Below are positions 1-9,989 of a DNA stretch of 64,000 nt, piece after piece. The stretch is from the IMG/VR virus record IMGVR_UViG_3300031787_000080; one strand, written 5' to 3'. A model generated the notes under the pieces. It was not told the DNA's origin and did not search any database. It worked only from the letters and a program-made list of their open reading frames with translations. Positions within the stretch are counted from its first letter, which is position 1; each line of letters opens with the position of its first letter. The translations under genes and the position numbers were made by a program. Origin of the DNA: an uncultured virus (IMG/VR IMGVR_UViG_3300031787_000080) (taxonomy: Duplodnaviria > Heunggongvirae > Uroviricota > Caudoviricetes).

Positions 1-657
1 GATCAGCCTGCGGTAATTTTATCTAAACGACATCAGCGTTGGTACAAAAATGGCCTTAAACATCGCGATGGAGATCAACCTGCTGAAATTTTGCCTGACG
101 GAACTAAGAAATATTGGCAGAATGATGAGCTTCATCGTGACGGAGATAAACCAGCAGTCATCAAGGAAGATGGTACTCAAATATGGTATAAAAACAATCA
201 GCGCCATCGCGATGGTGATCAACCTGCCGTAATTCATTCTGACGGATTAACAATGTGGCTCAAGCATGGCGAAATTCATCGCGATGGTGACAAGCCAGCG
301 GTGATTGATCCTTGTGGCGTACAAATGTGGTACAAAAACGACCGCAAACATCGTGACGGCGATCAGCCCGCAATGATTGAAGCCGACGGAACTCTAAGGT
401 ATTATCAACATGATGCCTTGCACAGAGATGGTGATCAGCCTGCAGTAATTTATCCTGACGGTGGACAAAGTTGGTACCAAAATGACACTCTTCACCGCGG
501 TGGGGACAAACCAGCAATGATTGACAGCGATGGTGTGCAATATTGGTATCAATACGGCAAACCCAAGCGCGAAGGGGGCAAGCCCACTGTAGTATACCCC
601 GATGGCTCTATACGTAATTATCGATTTGGGGACAAGTCAACTCCGAACTTATTTTAA
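1..657 (+). CDS. Repeat protein (W/Y-x-x-x-x-x-HRDGDQPAxI repeats), 5'-truncated by window edge
   Basis: Frame 1 is open from base 1; ~24-aa repeats HRDGD(K/Q)PA(V/M)I occur many times. Confidence 0.8.
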   Translation, partial: DQPAVILSKRHQRWYKNGLKHRDGDQPAEILPDGTKKYWQNDELHRDGDKPAVIKEDGTQIWYKNNQRHRDGDQPAVIHSDGLTMWLKHGEIHRDGDKPAVIDPCGVQMWYKNDRKHRDGDQPAMIEADGTLRYYQHDALHRDGDQPAVIYPDGGQSWYQNDTLHRGGDKPAMIDSDGVQYWYQYGKPKREGGKPTVVYPDGSIRNYRFGDKSTPNLF

Positions 658-750
658 AAAATCCCCTAAATTTTTCGAGAAAATTGCCTATAATAAATTG
701 GTAAAAGGACCAAACAGCGAAATGCTGTTTTCAAATAAAACAAAAACACT

Positions 751-1194
751 ATGAAGAACATTCTTTTGACTCTCGTTGCCCTCGTGGCTTTCGGCACTAT
801 GAGCTTTGCTCAATCGACCACCACGACTCGTCAGTCGGACGGCTTTACTGCTCAAAGTCAAAGCGTTGAACTGACCTCGACTAGCCTGAATCTTGTCTAT
901 CTTCGAGACGGTTATGACAATTATGCTGCGTTCACTCTTCCCATGTATACTTTTTCTGGGACTGGTGGCCGTCTGAAGCTGAATACTTTCGGGGCTTTTG
1001 ACCCGAATAACATTGAGCGACGTGCTTATCTCAGCACTGGTCTTTCTTTCGATGTCGTTGATCAAGACGGCTGGAAGCTGACCGTTTTTGGTGGGCCGAA
1101 GGGCTTTAATGTTGCGGACAACTTCCGTTTCCAAGACGGTAATCGTGGATGGGTGTACGGCGTCGGCATTTCACTCCCCCTCTCTTCCAACTAA
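751..1194 (+). CDS. Secreted/outer-membrane beta-rich protein
   Basis: Sec-type signal peptide MKNILLTLVALVAFGTMSFA; alternating beta-strand pattern near C-terminus (WVYGVGISLP). Confidence 0.6.
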   Translation: MKNILLTLVALVAFGTMSFAQSTTTTRQSDGFTAQSQSVELTSTSLNLVYLRDGYDNYAAFTLPMYTFSGTGGRLKLNTFGAFDPNNIERRAYLSTGLSFDVVDQDGWKLTVFGGPKGFNVADNFRFQDGNRGWVYGVGISLPLSSN

Positions 1195-1219
1195 GACCAA
1201 CAACACACTCAAGTAGACT

Positions 1220-1259
1220 AATCATCCCCGAATCATTTCTGATTAGGGGATGATTTTTT
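1220..1259 (+). terminator. Intrinsic terminator
   Basis: AATCATCCCC...GGGGATGATT stem followed by T-run. Confidence 0.7.
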
Positions 1260-1554
1260 GTATAAAATTCATGTGAGCGAGATTGAACATTCATGTCTTC
1301 TGACAAAAGCTATTGATCGTCTGAAAGACGCGGCTAAATTTACCCCAGAATTCGCCCGAGGAGGAATGATCGCAAAATACATAGCGGAAGTGTCTTGTAT
1401 TTTCGAGCCAAACAAGGTTGTTCGCGGAAATGTTTTATACGCTGTTGAAAAAGCATCTAAGAATTTCGAGCATGATGCGCGTTGCATCGATATAATTTTA
1501 TCAGCTATACAGCATATAGAAATGAATTTATGGATTTCAAATAATAGTCGATAA
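1258..1554 (+). CDS. Hypothetical protein
   Basis: 98-aa ORF, start uncertain. Confidence 0.45.
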   Translation: MYKIHVSEIEHSCLLTKAIDRLKDAAKFTPEFARGGMIAKYIAEVSCIFEPNKVVRGNVLYAVEKASKNFEHDARCIDIILSAIQHIEMNLWISNNSR

Positions 1555-1658
1555 TTTCTGATCGTGCAACTTTTTTGATATTCTGATCGTATTATAATTG
1601 AGATAACGAACTGTATCTTATTTTCAAGTCGAGGGGGCGCAAGCCCCCTTTTTCCTTT

Positions 1659-1695
1659 AAAAATCCCCTATTTTCATATTCTGATCGGATATATG
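1659..1695 (+). promoter_or_regulatory. Representative copy of the phage promoter motif AAAAATCCCC-N~15-GATCGGATATAT (about 80 copies in window)
   Basis: Recurs just upstream of start codons, e.g. 2384, 3401, 4888, 5415, 9469, 13523, 14493, 25209, 28912, 33242, 47552, 56883; reversed at 59332, 62234, 63683 ahead of minus-strand genes. Confidence 0.85.
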
Positions 1696-1699
1696 CGAT

Positions 1700-1996
1700 A
1701 TGCCTAAGAGCCAAATCACCCCGATCCCAAGCATGGATGTAAAGATTTCATATGAAAGAGTCCCGAATACGAAGTATGTGAATTTTTTTGCCACTTGCGC
1801 ACTGGGACGAAAACAGATCGCAACCATGAAAAAGGAACGATACTCTTTCTATCTCGTGGGTGGCTATAAAAGAAGTGTGACATATTATCTTGATATGGAA
1901 GATCAGATTGAGTTTAATAGCATTGCAGAACGTCTTAAATGCGAAAGACAACCCTGGCGAATTGCCCAACATATTGAAGAAGGAGGCTGGGAATGA
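1700..1996 (+). CDS. Hypothetical protein
   Basis: ATG directly after promoter motif. Confidence 0.7.
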   Translation: MPKSQITPIPSMDVKISYERVPNTKYVNFFATCALGRKQIATMKKERYSFYLVGGYKRSVTYYLDMEDQIEFNSIAERLKCERQPWRIAQHIEEGGWE

Positions 1997-2268
1997 AAAA
2001 AGTTTACAGACTCCCAGTTTACGACATTGTTGTTGAAATAGACAAAAAAGGCGGGACTATTGTATCCTCCCTGAAGGAGGATAATCCTTTTCATAAAAAC
2101 CATACAATTGATGAAGATGAGATCATGCACGATGAATTCGATGCTTGTATGGATGGGATTGAAGCTTTAATTCTTTCTTGTGCCTGTAATGGCATTAATA
2201 TTGCTTTACCTGAGTTTGTCAAATCCGTACAAGATGCTGTTTCTGCTGCAGAAAATCATTTTCTTTAA
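1993..2268 (+). CDS. Hypothetical protein
   Basis: ATGA overlap with upstream gene. Confidence 0.7.
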   Translation: MKKVYRLPVYDIVVEIDKKGGTIVSSLKEDNPFHKNHTIDEDEIMHDEFDACMDGIEALILSCACNGINIALPEFVKSVQDAVSAAENHFL

Positions 2269-2425
2269 TTTTCTGGAAACTTTTTTGATATTCTGATCGT
2301 ATTATAATTGGAACACAAAAGAGAAAAAGATAAATTTCGACGAGATGAGAGCAAGCTGGGGGCGCAAGCCCCCATTGCTATTTAAAAATCCCTCTTTTTC
2401 ATTGTCCTGATCGGATATATGAACT

Positions 2426-2830
2426 ATGATTAATAAAATCAAAGAAATTTTTGAATGGGCAAAGTCAGATGTGCCCAACGTGGGCGATATGCCGTACACT
2501 GAAGGATATGTCGATGGACTGCGCATGGCGAAAGAGGCTGTTTTGGACATCCTTGGTGATGTGGAAGAACCGCTGAATGAAGAAGAACCAAAGCTCTCTT
2601 TAAAAATCGAGGGATTCGAGACAAGAGAACAGGCTGAAGCTTTTGTTTCATGGTATACAGGACAAGGCGAACAAGATGCAATTTTTTGGTTTGATGCCCG
2701 AGTAAATGAAGGCAATCTAGATGTTAACTTTATGCCCGTAGATAGTAAGCAAACATTTCCTTTGAAATTTGAAAACAATGAAGCAAAAGTTGTTCTTGAA
2801 ATGTGCAAACCAGATTTTGACGAAGAATAA
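2426..2830 (+). CDS. Hypothetical acidic protein
   Basis: ATG directly after promoter motif. Confidence 0.7.
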   Translation: MINKIKEIFEWAKSDVPNVGDMPYTEGYVDGLRMAKEAVLDILGDVEEPLNEEEPKLSLKIEGFETREQAEAFVSWYTGQGEQDAIFWFDARVNEGNLDVNFMPVDSKQTFPLKFENNEAKVVLEMCKPDFDEE

Positions 2831-3248
2831 TAAAGCAGACCCGAAAGTGACTCATTGTGAGCTTTGCGAAGTTGGCAAAAAGTGGCTTGAAAGAAAAGGA
2901 TATGTAGTTGCATTTTCTGAGTTAAGAAACATCCTAATGCATCAACACCCAGATGTGATTGGTTGGAGCTGCAGGGGTGTCTCTTGTTTGATCGAAGTTA
3001 AAATTTCGAGGTCGGATTATAATCGCGATGCTAAAAAGCCTCATGTCATTTCTCCAACCGTGGGTAAATCGCGATACTATTTAGTTCCGAAAGGATTGAT
3101 TAAACCTTGCGAAATACGCGATGGATGGGGATTATTGGAGTATGACGGAAAGCGCGTGCATAAAACAGTGGATTCACCCGAACATTTAAAACGATCTGTA
3201 AATGACGAGTGCGCAATGTTAGTTTACGCATTGAGGAATCGGAGATGA
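2769..3248 (+). CDS. PD-(D/E)XK nuclease-like protein (MmcB-like); true start probably downstream
   Basis: PDVIGW...IEVKISRSDY..D.KK motif, RYYLVP, WGLL. Confidence 0.65.
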   Translation: MKTMKQKLFLKCANQILTKNNKADPKVTHCELCEVGKKWLERKGYVVAFSELRNILMHQHPDVIGWSCRGVSCLIEVKISRSDYNRDAKKPHVISPTVGKSRYYLVPKGLIKPCEIRDGWGLLEYDGKRVHKTVDSPEHLKRSVNDECAMLVYALRNRR

Positions 3249-3441
3249 AAACAAAAGAAAAAATCACAAACATTATGGGAAAAGCTTTGTGTCTGCTAGG
3301 TAAACATAACTGGTCATGGTACGAAGGATTGTCTTTTCGAGATGGAATGTATCAACGATGCAAAAGATGCAAGAGAGTGAATCCTAAAACTTGGTGACTT
3401 AAAAATCCCCTTTTTTCTTTTTCTGATCGGATATATGAAAC

Positions 3442-3885
3442 ATGAATAAAATCATGGTATCTGATGATCTTGGAAGATTTTGCTTTGTAGCCGAAGGCAG
3501 CCCCGATCATAAAAAGTTTCAAGATGCGAATGCGAATTTCGTGGATGAAAAATTAGAAACATGGTCCAAGCCATTTGATGATTATGAGCTTTTAATATAC
3601 AATGTTCCGAATGGCCGAGAATATGTTGATCTCGAACATTACGTGTTGTCAATTGATAGTTTTTCTTGTTTGCGAAGTGTTTATCATACAGACGGTATCG
3701 AAGGCGTAAGAAAAGAAATGCGATACCAATGTTTGCTTGACTACTATAGAGCTTCTGTTAGGAACCAATATATTAGAGAAGGTAAAATTCAAGAACATGA
3801 AACCATGACTGATCAAGAAATTTTCAAAGCTGTTCTTGGGGATATGACCAAATACACATTTAATAAAGCGAAACTGTTGAGTTAA
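3442..3885 (+). CDS. Hypothetical protein, paralog family A
   Basis: Shares W..PFDD..LIY.N and YQCL.DY with 4931 and 5458 ORFs. Confidence 0.7.
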   Translation: MNKIMVSDDLGRFCFVAEGSPDHKKFQDANANFVDEKLETWSKPFDDYELLIYNVPNGREYVDLEHYVLSIDSFSCLRSVYHTDGIEGVRKEMRYQCLLDYYRASVRNQYIREGKIQEHETMTDQEIFKAVLGDMTKYTFNKAKLLS

Positions 3886-3891
3886 ACGATC

Positions 3892-4521
3892 ATGCAAATT
3901 AAGTACCCCAGAACCATGCATCTGCCCTGGAGCAATCCATCTTCAGATGACAAAGTTATCAAAAGCCTTGAGTTTTTCGAGGGGCAAGATATTGTTGTGA
4001 CTGAAAAAATGGACGGAGAAAATACAACGATGTATTGTGATTTTATTCACGCAAGATCGTTAGAGTATGCTCGCGGAGATGATCGCGGGTTCGTGAAATC
4101 ACTTCAGGCGCAGATTGGATATAAAATTCCCGATGGTTGGAGAATTTGTGGAGAAAATCTTTATGCCAAGCATTCAATCCATTATAACAACTTGCCAAGT
4201 TTCTTTTTGGTGTTTTCTGTATGGGATGAGAATAACGTTTGTCTTTCATGGGATAAAACCGTAGATTTCGCAAAGTCGCTTGATTTGCAAATGGTTCCTG
4301 TTTTGTATCGAGGAGAATGGAATGAGAAAGTTGTCCGATCATTATATAAAGAAGGAACAGAAGGATATGTTGTAAGACGATCAGATTCCTTTCATTATGA
4401 CGAATTTCAGAATTGTGTTGCCAAATACGTTCGCGCCAATCATGTGACAACAGATAAGCACTGGCGACATACTCAAATTATTCCAAATCAACTTAGGGAG
4501 CAAAATCTCCCCGTTTTTTAA
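3892..4521 (+). CDS. ATP-dependent RNA ligase family protein
   Basis: KYPRT.HLPWS, motif I VTEKMDGEN, CGENLYAKHSI, EGYVVR, AKYVR. Confidence 0.85.
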   Translation: MQIKYPRTMHLPWSNPSSDDKVIKSLEFFEGQDIVVTEKMDGENTTMYCDFIHARSLEYARGDDRGFVKSLQAQIGYKIPDGWRICGENLYAKHSIHYNNLPSFFLVFSVWDENNVCLSWDKTVDFAKSLDLQMVPVLYRGEWNEKVVRSLYKEGTEGYVVRRSDSFHYDEFQNCVAKYVRANHVTTDKHWRHTQIIPNQLREQNLPVF

Positions 4522-4544
4522 ATAATGATCGGATATATAAGACA

Positions 4545-4889
4545 ATGAATGATTCTGCTGATAATTTCTCCGAGCCGCAAGAATTCGGCACCAAGCCGTT
4601 CATTTATTTTGAAGAGGGCGAGCCAGAAGACTACCCTCAAAGATATGGAGTAGTTCTTGTGCTTTCTGATTTTGCCCTGGCGGCAAAAGGGCTCGGCCCT
4701 GAAGACAAAGATGAATTACTAATTCGAGGCGCAGTGAGTTATCGTGAATGTCTTAATATGGCCAGGGCTAAATGGAAACAAACCGTATTTTTTAAAGGTA
4801 AGGAAGGGAAAATGTATTCGAAAATCTCCATTGAAGGCCCCGATGTGAGAACTACATGGAATAGACCCGAAACCCCGATCATTCCATAA
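4545..4889 (+). CDS. Hypothetical protein
   Basis: ATG after promoter motif. Confidence 0.7.
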   Translation: MNDSADNFSEPQEFGTKPFIYFEEGEPEDYPQRYGVVLVLSDFALAAKGLGPEDKDELLIRGAVSYRECLNMARAKWKQTVFFKGKEGKMYSKISIEGPDVRTTWNRPETPIIP

Positions 4890-4930
4890 AAAATCCCCTC
4901 TTTTCAGAATTCTGATCGGATATAAAAGGC

Positions 4931-5416
4931 ATGAATGATTTAATTCTCGTATATCTGGGCGAAGAAATTGTGAGCGTGGTTGAAGAAAATTCCGACATGC
5001 ACAAAAGATACATTCAAAGAAACAAAGAATCAGCTCAAAAACGCATTACTGATTGGCGAAAACGCTTTGATGATGCTCATATGATTTATCATAATTTTGC
5101 TCGGCATGGAAATAATCTGGCCGAATTCCTTGATAACGATTGTTCGCATTATTGTGATGCTTATATAACATATAAAGAAAAAGGCCTTGATGCTGCTCGG
5201 GATTCATTGCCGTTTCAATGTCTTTATGATGTGAATTTCCATAACACAGCATTACGTCTTTATTATAAACAAAATAAAATTAAAGATTTTTATAAATTCT
5301 TATCAAAATTCACTGATGAAGAATTCTATCGTGTTACTTTTGGCGAACCTGAAAATGATGGTGAGTTTCAGTTCGTGAAAGCACCTTATAATGTTGAGCC
5401 ACCGATCATTCCATAA
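4931..5416 (+). CDS. Hypothetical protein, paralog family A
   Basis: MNDLILV start shared with 5458. Confidence 0.75.
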   Translation: MNDLILVYLGEEIVSVVEENSDMHKRYIQRNKESAQKRITDWRKRFDDAHMIYHNFARHGNNLAEFLDNDCSHYCDAYITYKEKGLDAARDSLPFQCLYDVNFHNTALRLYYKQNKIKDFYKFLSKFTDEEFYRVTFGEPENDGEFQFVKAPYNVEPPIIP

Positions 5417-5457
5417 AAAATCCCCTCTTTTCGTAAGACTGATCGTATATAAAAGAC

Positions 5458-5940
5458 ATGAATGATTTAATTCTCGTATCTCGCGGCAATAAGCCGCTGT
5501 GTGTAGTAGATGAAAGCTCTGATTTGTATCAAGAACTTGTCAGAGAAAACGAAGAGGCTATGCAAGGTGAAATTAATCACTGGTTAACGCCCTTTGATGA
5601 TGAATCTTTGATTTATTACAATTTTAACGAGTGGCCCGAAACAGAAAGCCTTACCGAATACATTGGAAACTTAACGCTTGGTTCACATGCGGCTTTCTAC
5701 AAAGATATGCTTAAAGAAAAGGGTATTGAAGCAGTGAAGAAATCACTTAAATACCGATGTCTTTATGATTATCATCTTGCCACAGTCGGCTATGATATTT
5801 TTCTTAAACAAGATGAAATCAAGGATTTCAAAAAGTTTGCAAAAACTTTAACTCCTAAAGATATTTTCATACAACTGTACGGAGACACTTCAAAATTGTT
5901 CAAGTTCACTGCAATCCCCTACAATACTTTTCCCGAGTAA
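5458..5940 (+). CDS. Hypothetical protein, paralog family A
   Basis: MNDLILV start shared with 4931. Confidence 0.75.
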   Translation: MNDLILVSRGNKPLCVVDESSDLYQELVRENEEAMQGEINHWLTPFDDESLIYYNFNEWPETESLTEYIGNLTLGSHAAFYKDMLKEKGIEAVKKSLKYRCLYDYHLATVGYDIFLKQDEIKDFKKFAKTLTPKDIFIQLYGDTSKLFKFTAIPYNTFPE

Positions 5941-5947
5941 ATAAAAT

Positions 5948-6556
5948 ATGAGCACATTTTTTACTGCCGATTGGCACTTATCAGAAACACGATTGGAAAT
6001 TATGTCGCGAGACATTTTTGACAGCCCCGAACACATGAATGAATCTTTGATTAATCTTCATAACATCAACTCAAAAGTTAAGAAGAATGACGAAGTATAT
6101 GTGATCGGAGATGTGATTTTTCGAGATGCTAATGTCGAAGAAACTCTTCCTTTGATCGAAAGATTTAACGGAAGAAAGATTCTTATTCGAGGAAATCATG
6201 ATCGTCACATAACAGATGAACAGTTTAGCCCATTTTTCGAGGAAATCATCCCCGAGGGAGAAGGCATTGAAATGATGATCGGAGATATTCCTTGTTATTT
6301 AACACACTATCCAACTCGGGGGAAGAAATATAAGTATAATCTAGTTGGGCACATTCATGGTGCATGGAAACACCAACTGAATATGCTTAATGTTGGAGTC
6401 GATGTTCATCATTTTTGCCCCGTAAATGAAAAGTTTGTTTCAAAGTATTTCACAGCAATTACTGAATACTATGATGAAGATGTTTGGGTGGCATATAATG
6501 AAATCAACTCGCGATATCGAAACAATCGAGGAAAGAAAGGTACATATTTCCCATGA
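5948..6556 (+). CDS. Calcineurin-like metallophosphoesterase
   Basis: DWH, GD, GNHD, H, GHIH motifs. Confidence 0.85.
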   Translation: MSTFFTADWHLSETRLEIMSRDIFDSPEHMNESLINLHNINSKVKKNDEVYVIGDVIFRDANVEETLPLIERFNGRKILIRGNHDRHITDEQFSPFFEEIIPEGEGIEMMIGDIPCYLTHYPTRGKKYKYNLVGHIHGAWKHQLNMLNVGVDVHHFCPVNEKFVSKYFTAITEYYDEDVWVAYNEINSRYRNNRGKKGTYFP

Positions 6557-6903
6557 GATCAGAAGAATTTGATGAATATATGAGAGAAATTAGCAACGAA
6601 TTGCGCGTAACGCTAAAGCTGCCACCAAAGTATTTAAAAGGCTTTGAACCCGAACATTGGTCATTTACGCAATTAGAGCCGCTTAGTTTTGAAAAGCAAC
6701 AAAAAATCAAGGAGCATTTCAGTAAAGAAATCCGAGACGCGCTTGACGACTATCTGAGTATTAAGGAAGAGTACCCCGATTGTGTGTGGGCTATTCTCAA
6801 CTCAATTAAAAGGCAGGCCTCAAGATATGGAAACAAAACTCTCTGGAGAGAAATTTTCGCCCCTCACCTCGAAGAAGAAAAACTCAAAGAAATTTTCCCC
6901 TAA
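6553..6903 (+). CDS. Hypothetical protein
   Basis: ATGA overlap. Confidence 0.65.
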   Translation: MRSEEFDEYMREISNELRVTLKLPPKYLKGFEPEHWSFTQLEPLSFEKQQKIKEHFSKEIRDALDDYLSIKEEYPDCVWAILNSIKRQASRYGNKTLWREIFAPHLEEEKLKEIFP

Positions 6904-6932
6904 ATTTCGAGTTATCCTTTGATATAAAAGGC

Positions 6933-7211
6933 ATGGACAAAGAAGCCATTAAACTAGCCATCTTGCCCCGTGGATCAAAACTAATCGAGGGTGAAGAAAT
7001 TAAGTATTATCTTGTTCTCGGGATCGTGGCCACGAACAAGGACATCAACTGGGAAAAAGACTTTGTGACTATGGAAAGCGCAATCGGCTCGCCGATCACA
7101 GATAAAATTGAGAAAATGACCAAGATGAAACTTGATGAAGATTGCGGAGACGCGAATTCTGTGTTAATGAAACTTCATAACACCAACAGAAACGAACTTG
7201 AAGAACTCTAA
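6933..7211 (+). CDS. Hypothetical protein
   Basis: ATG after promoter variant. Confidence 0.65.
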   Translation: MDKEAIKLAILPRGSKLIEGEEIKYYLVLGIVATNKDINWEKDFVTMESAIGSPITDKIEKMTKMKLDEDCGDANSVLMKLHNTNRNELEEL

Positions 7212-7504
7212 TGGAACAAGACGTTTCTCAATATATTTTCATCTCACAAGAAAGCATTGACAAAGCTAAGAAACTTATGAAAAAAGCTCCAGAATCATTA
7301 GAAGATTGGGCAGAAGAAAATTCGCGGAAAGAACGCCGATTAGAAACTCGACGCAGATACTATCGTGAAAACAAAATTCAAATCAATGTTCGACGTAAAG
7401 AACGAAAAGAAGAAATTCGAGCTGAACAGATTAGAACAGAAAAAGAACTATCGGACAAGCTTCAAATGACACTAAATTTTGATTCTGATCGTAGTAATAA
7501 TTAA
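7211..7504 (+). CDS. Hypothetical basic coiled-coil protein
   Basis: TAATG coupling. Confidence 0.6.
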   Translation: MEQDVSQYIFISQESIDKAKKLMKKAPESLEDWAEENSRKERRLETRRRYYRENKIQINVRRKERKEEIRAEQIRTEKELSDKLQMTLNFDSDRSNN

Positions 7505-7505
7505 G

Positions 7506-8738
7506 ATGAGAAGTTTTTTGTCTCAGGATTTATATAAAATTACGATGAGCCAAGCAGTTTGGCGACTGTTTCCTAATGCCTGGGTGAAATATCACTATAA
7601 GCTTCGAACAAAAAACGTCAATCTTGCCCCGATTAAAGATCGAATTGATCGCAAAATTCATCAACTTCAAGGTATTGGGCCGACGGCGCTAGAAATCAAC
7701 TTTCTTCGATCATTGGGATATTTTGATCCGTCATTTTTGGCATCATTGGCACATTTCAAACTGAACCCAGATGCGTATGTGAAAACAAGCGTGGATCAAG
7801 GGCATTTTGATCTCGTGATCGAAGGACCTTGGTATGATACGATCTTCTTCGAAGTTATGCTGTTGCAAATCATCTCGGAAACATATTTCGAAGATCACGC
7901 CCGCGAACACCCAGAGGTTTTCGAGGAAGGCAGACAGCGATTGAATGAAAAAATCGAGCACTTGCTTCACATCTACGATCAGTATACAGATCATTACGAA
8001 AGTCTAAGGGACCTTGAGGGCGGGGGAGAACTCAATCCTTTCTGCCTGATGGAATTCGGCACTCGTCGAGCTTTTTCAGAATCGTGGCAAGGAGAAGTTG
8101 TTGAAACACTTGCGCAAAAACTTCCGCGTGAAATGTTCCTCGGTACATCAAACGTGTATTGGGCACAACAACTTGGGCTTAAGCCACAAGGCACGATGGC
8201 GCACGAATATATCTGTGCTCATGGAGCGCTTTATCCCTTGCATGAGGCGCAAAAGCAAGCTTTCTACAATTGGAACAAGGTGTTCCAAGGCAAGCTCGGA
8301 ACCGCGCTTTCAGATACATTCACTTTTGATCAATTCCTAAGAGACTTTGATTCGGGCTTGGCCAACTTGTTTACAGGAGCTAGGCACGACTCTGGTGATC
8401 CGTTCGAGTGGGGCCACAAACTCATTGAACACTATCGAACACTGGGAATCAACACTCATACCAAAGTGGCTGTGTGGAGCGATAATCTAGATATCGAGCT
8501 GGCAGAAAAGCTTTGGAAAACTTTTGCCCCGAAAATTAAAACATCATTCGGGATCGGGACCAATTTGACTAATGACATGGGGTTAAAGCCTTTGTCACAA
8601 GTCATTAAGCTTACTCATGTGAACAACATGCCAGTGATTAAGATTAGTGATGAACCCGAGAAAGTGATGTGCGAAGATGAAACATACAAGGCCTGGGCTT
8701 TGCGACTATTTACAGAAATTTTACCAAATCAATCATGA
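7506..8738 (+). CDS. pncB: Nicotinate phosphoribosyltransferase
   Basis: DLYK.TM.QA, EFGTRR, GTSN, GTMAHE, RHDSGDP, FGIGTNLTND, KISD.P.K motifs. Confidence 0.92.
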   Translation: MRSFLSQDLYKITMSQAVWRLFPNAWVKYHYKLRTKNVNLAPIKDRIDRKIHQLQGIGPTALEINFLRSLGYFDPSFLASLAHFKLNPDAYVKTSVDQGHFDLVIEGPWYDTIFFEVMLLQIISETYFEDHAREHPEVFEEGRQRLNEKIEHLLHIYDQYTDHYESLRDLEGGGELNPFCLMEFGTRRAFSESWQGEVVETLAQKLPREMFLGTSNVYWAQQLGLKPQGTMAHEYICAHGALYPLHEAQKQAFYNWNKVFQGKLGTALSDTFTFDQFLRDFDSGLANLFTGARHDSGDPFEWGHKLIEHYRTLGINTHTKVAVWSDNLDIELAEKLWKTFAPKIKTSFGIGTNLTNDMGLKPLSQVIKLTHVNNMPVIKISDEPEKVMCEDETYKAWALRLFTEILPNQS

Positions 8739-9157
8739 TCGTAGAAACTCCTCAGTTAAACGAAAGCGAACTTAATAATGAACAGCTCACATATTGGGCA
8801 TACTTTACGTATCTGCCCCATATCGGACACTATTACCAACAATTTGCCTCATCGCAGATGGTCAAACATAAAGTGATTTCAGGAGTGATGCTTTTTTCAA
8901 GCCCCGAAGAATGTGAACGAGTATGTTCGTGGTCAGGAGCAGCTATAGGATCGGGGGCAGTGGAAATTACATTTCAAGAAGCCAAAGATCATTCGATCAT
9001 GTCTCAAAAAGAGTATCCTCATATTACTCCAGTGATTTTCTTCTGTGACGGCATGATCGAGGCTTCATTTTTCGAAGAACACTCTATGGATGAAATTAAA
9101 AATCTTTCAGAATCAATTAAAGATAAAATGATCCCGAGTAAATTTGTATACGTGTAA
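8735..9157 (+). CDS. Hypothetical protein
   Basis: ATGA overlap with pncB. Confidence 0.65.
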   Translation: MIVETPQLNESELNNEQLTYWAYFTYLPHIGHYYQQFASSQMVKHKVISGVMLFSSPEECERVCSWSGAAIGSGAVEITFQEAKDHSIMSQKEYPHITPVIFFCDGMIEASFFEEHSMDEIKNLSESIKDKMIPSKFVYV

Positions 9158-9224
9158 AAATCCCCTATTCTTGTGGCCCAATTTGAATGTATAAAGGGAT
9201 GAATACATTTATGGGAGGCGTGTT

Positions 9225-9470
9225 TTGAACTACGCTTGGGAAGTGACCGTTGACGATGTTTTTTATGCTATCAATGCAAATGACATAAAAATCTCGTGGG
9301 AAAACGCAAACAAAATTCATGACATGCTTGATCATGATGAAGTCGTAGCTGCTGCGCTTTATGGCGAAGACATGGACGATCAGGCCGCATATGCAAGCGA
9401 TGAAATTCGCAATCAAGTCTTTGACGAAAGTGGAAACTTGCGCACAGAGTTTGCCTTCGCAGGGGGATAA
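9225..9470 (+). CDS. Hypothetical acidic protein
   Basis: GGAGG SD before TTG start. Confidence 0.65.
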   Translation: MNYAWEVTVDDVFYAINANDIKISWENANKIHDMLDHDEVVAAALYGEDMDDQAAYASDEIRNQVFDESGNLRTEFAFAGG

Positions 9471-9510
9471 AAATCCCCTGTTTTCTTTCTTCTGATCGGA
9501 TATATAAATC

Positions 9511-9948
9511 ATGACGCCAAGCGAACAACAATACAAAGAAGCTTCTTACAGTGTCCTTTTCCAGAAAGGATGTGTGATCAAAGACGAACGAGACATCATC
9601 AAGTATTATTCAAATACACTGAACGCAGATTATACGGAAACCAAACGAGCCTTAAAAGACCTCCAAGCCAATGGTATTAATATTGGGGAAAGCTCTTTGC
9701 CCTCTGATGGATATGGTTCTGTATTTAATGGAACTGACGCAAATAATATTGAAATTGAGTATATGAGCGCCACGATAGTGTCTAATTCAGGTGCTAAGTA
9801 TTTTTGGGCCGTGCAAGTAGGATCATTGTCCAAGGTCATCAAACTCTTGACAAATCCAATGTCTTTAGAGGACGCCTTGTTTGTTTTGGCTCAGAGACTT
9901 GAACGAGTCAATGACAGCCAAGAACTTGCTTACAACTCGGGACTGTAA
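9511..9948 (+). CDS. Hypothetical protein, paralog family B
   Basis: LFQKGCVI/LLQSGCVI and TIVSN shared with 10608. Confidence 0.75.
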   Translation: MTPSEQQYKEASYSVLFQKGCVIKDERDIIKYYSNTLNADYTETKRALKDLQANGINIGESSLPSDGYGSVFNGTDANNIEIEYMSATIVSNSGAKYFWAVQVGSLSKVIKLLTNPMSLEDALFVLAQRLERVNDSQELAYNSGL

Positions 9949-9989
9949 AAAATCCCCCATATTCATAATCCCAATCGGATATATAAAGC

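Noticed and set aside
1..657. Diversity-generating retroelement template/variable repeats
   Set aside because: The repeats are in-frame protein repeats, and no reverse transcriptase is in the window.
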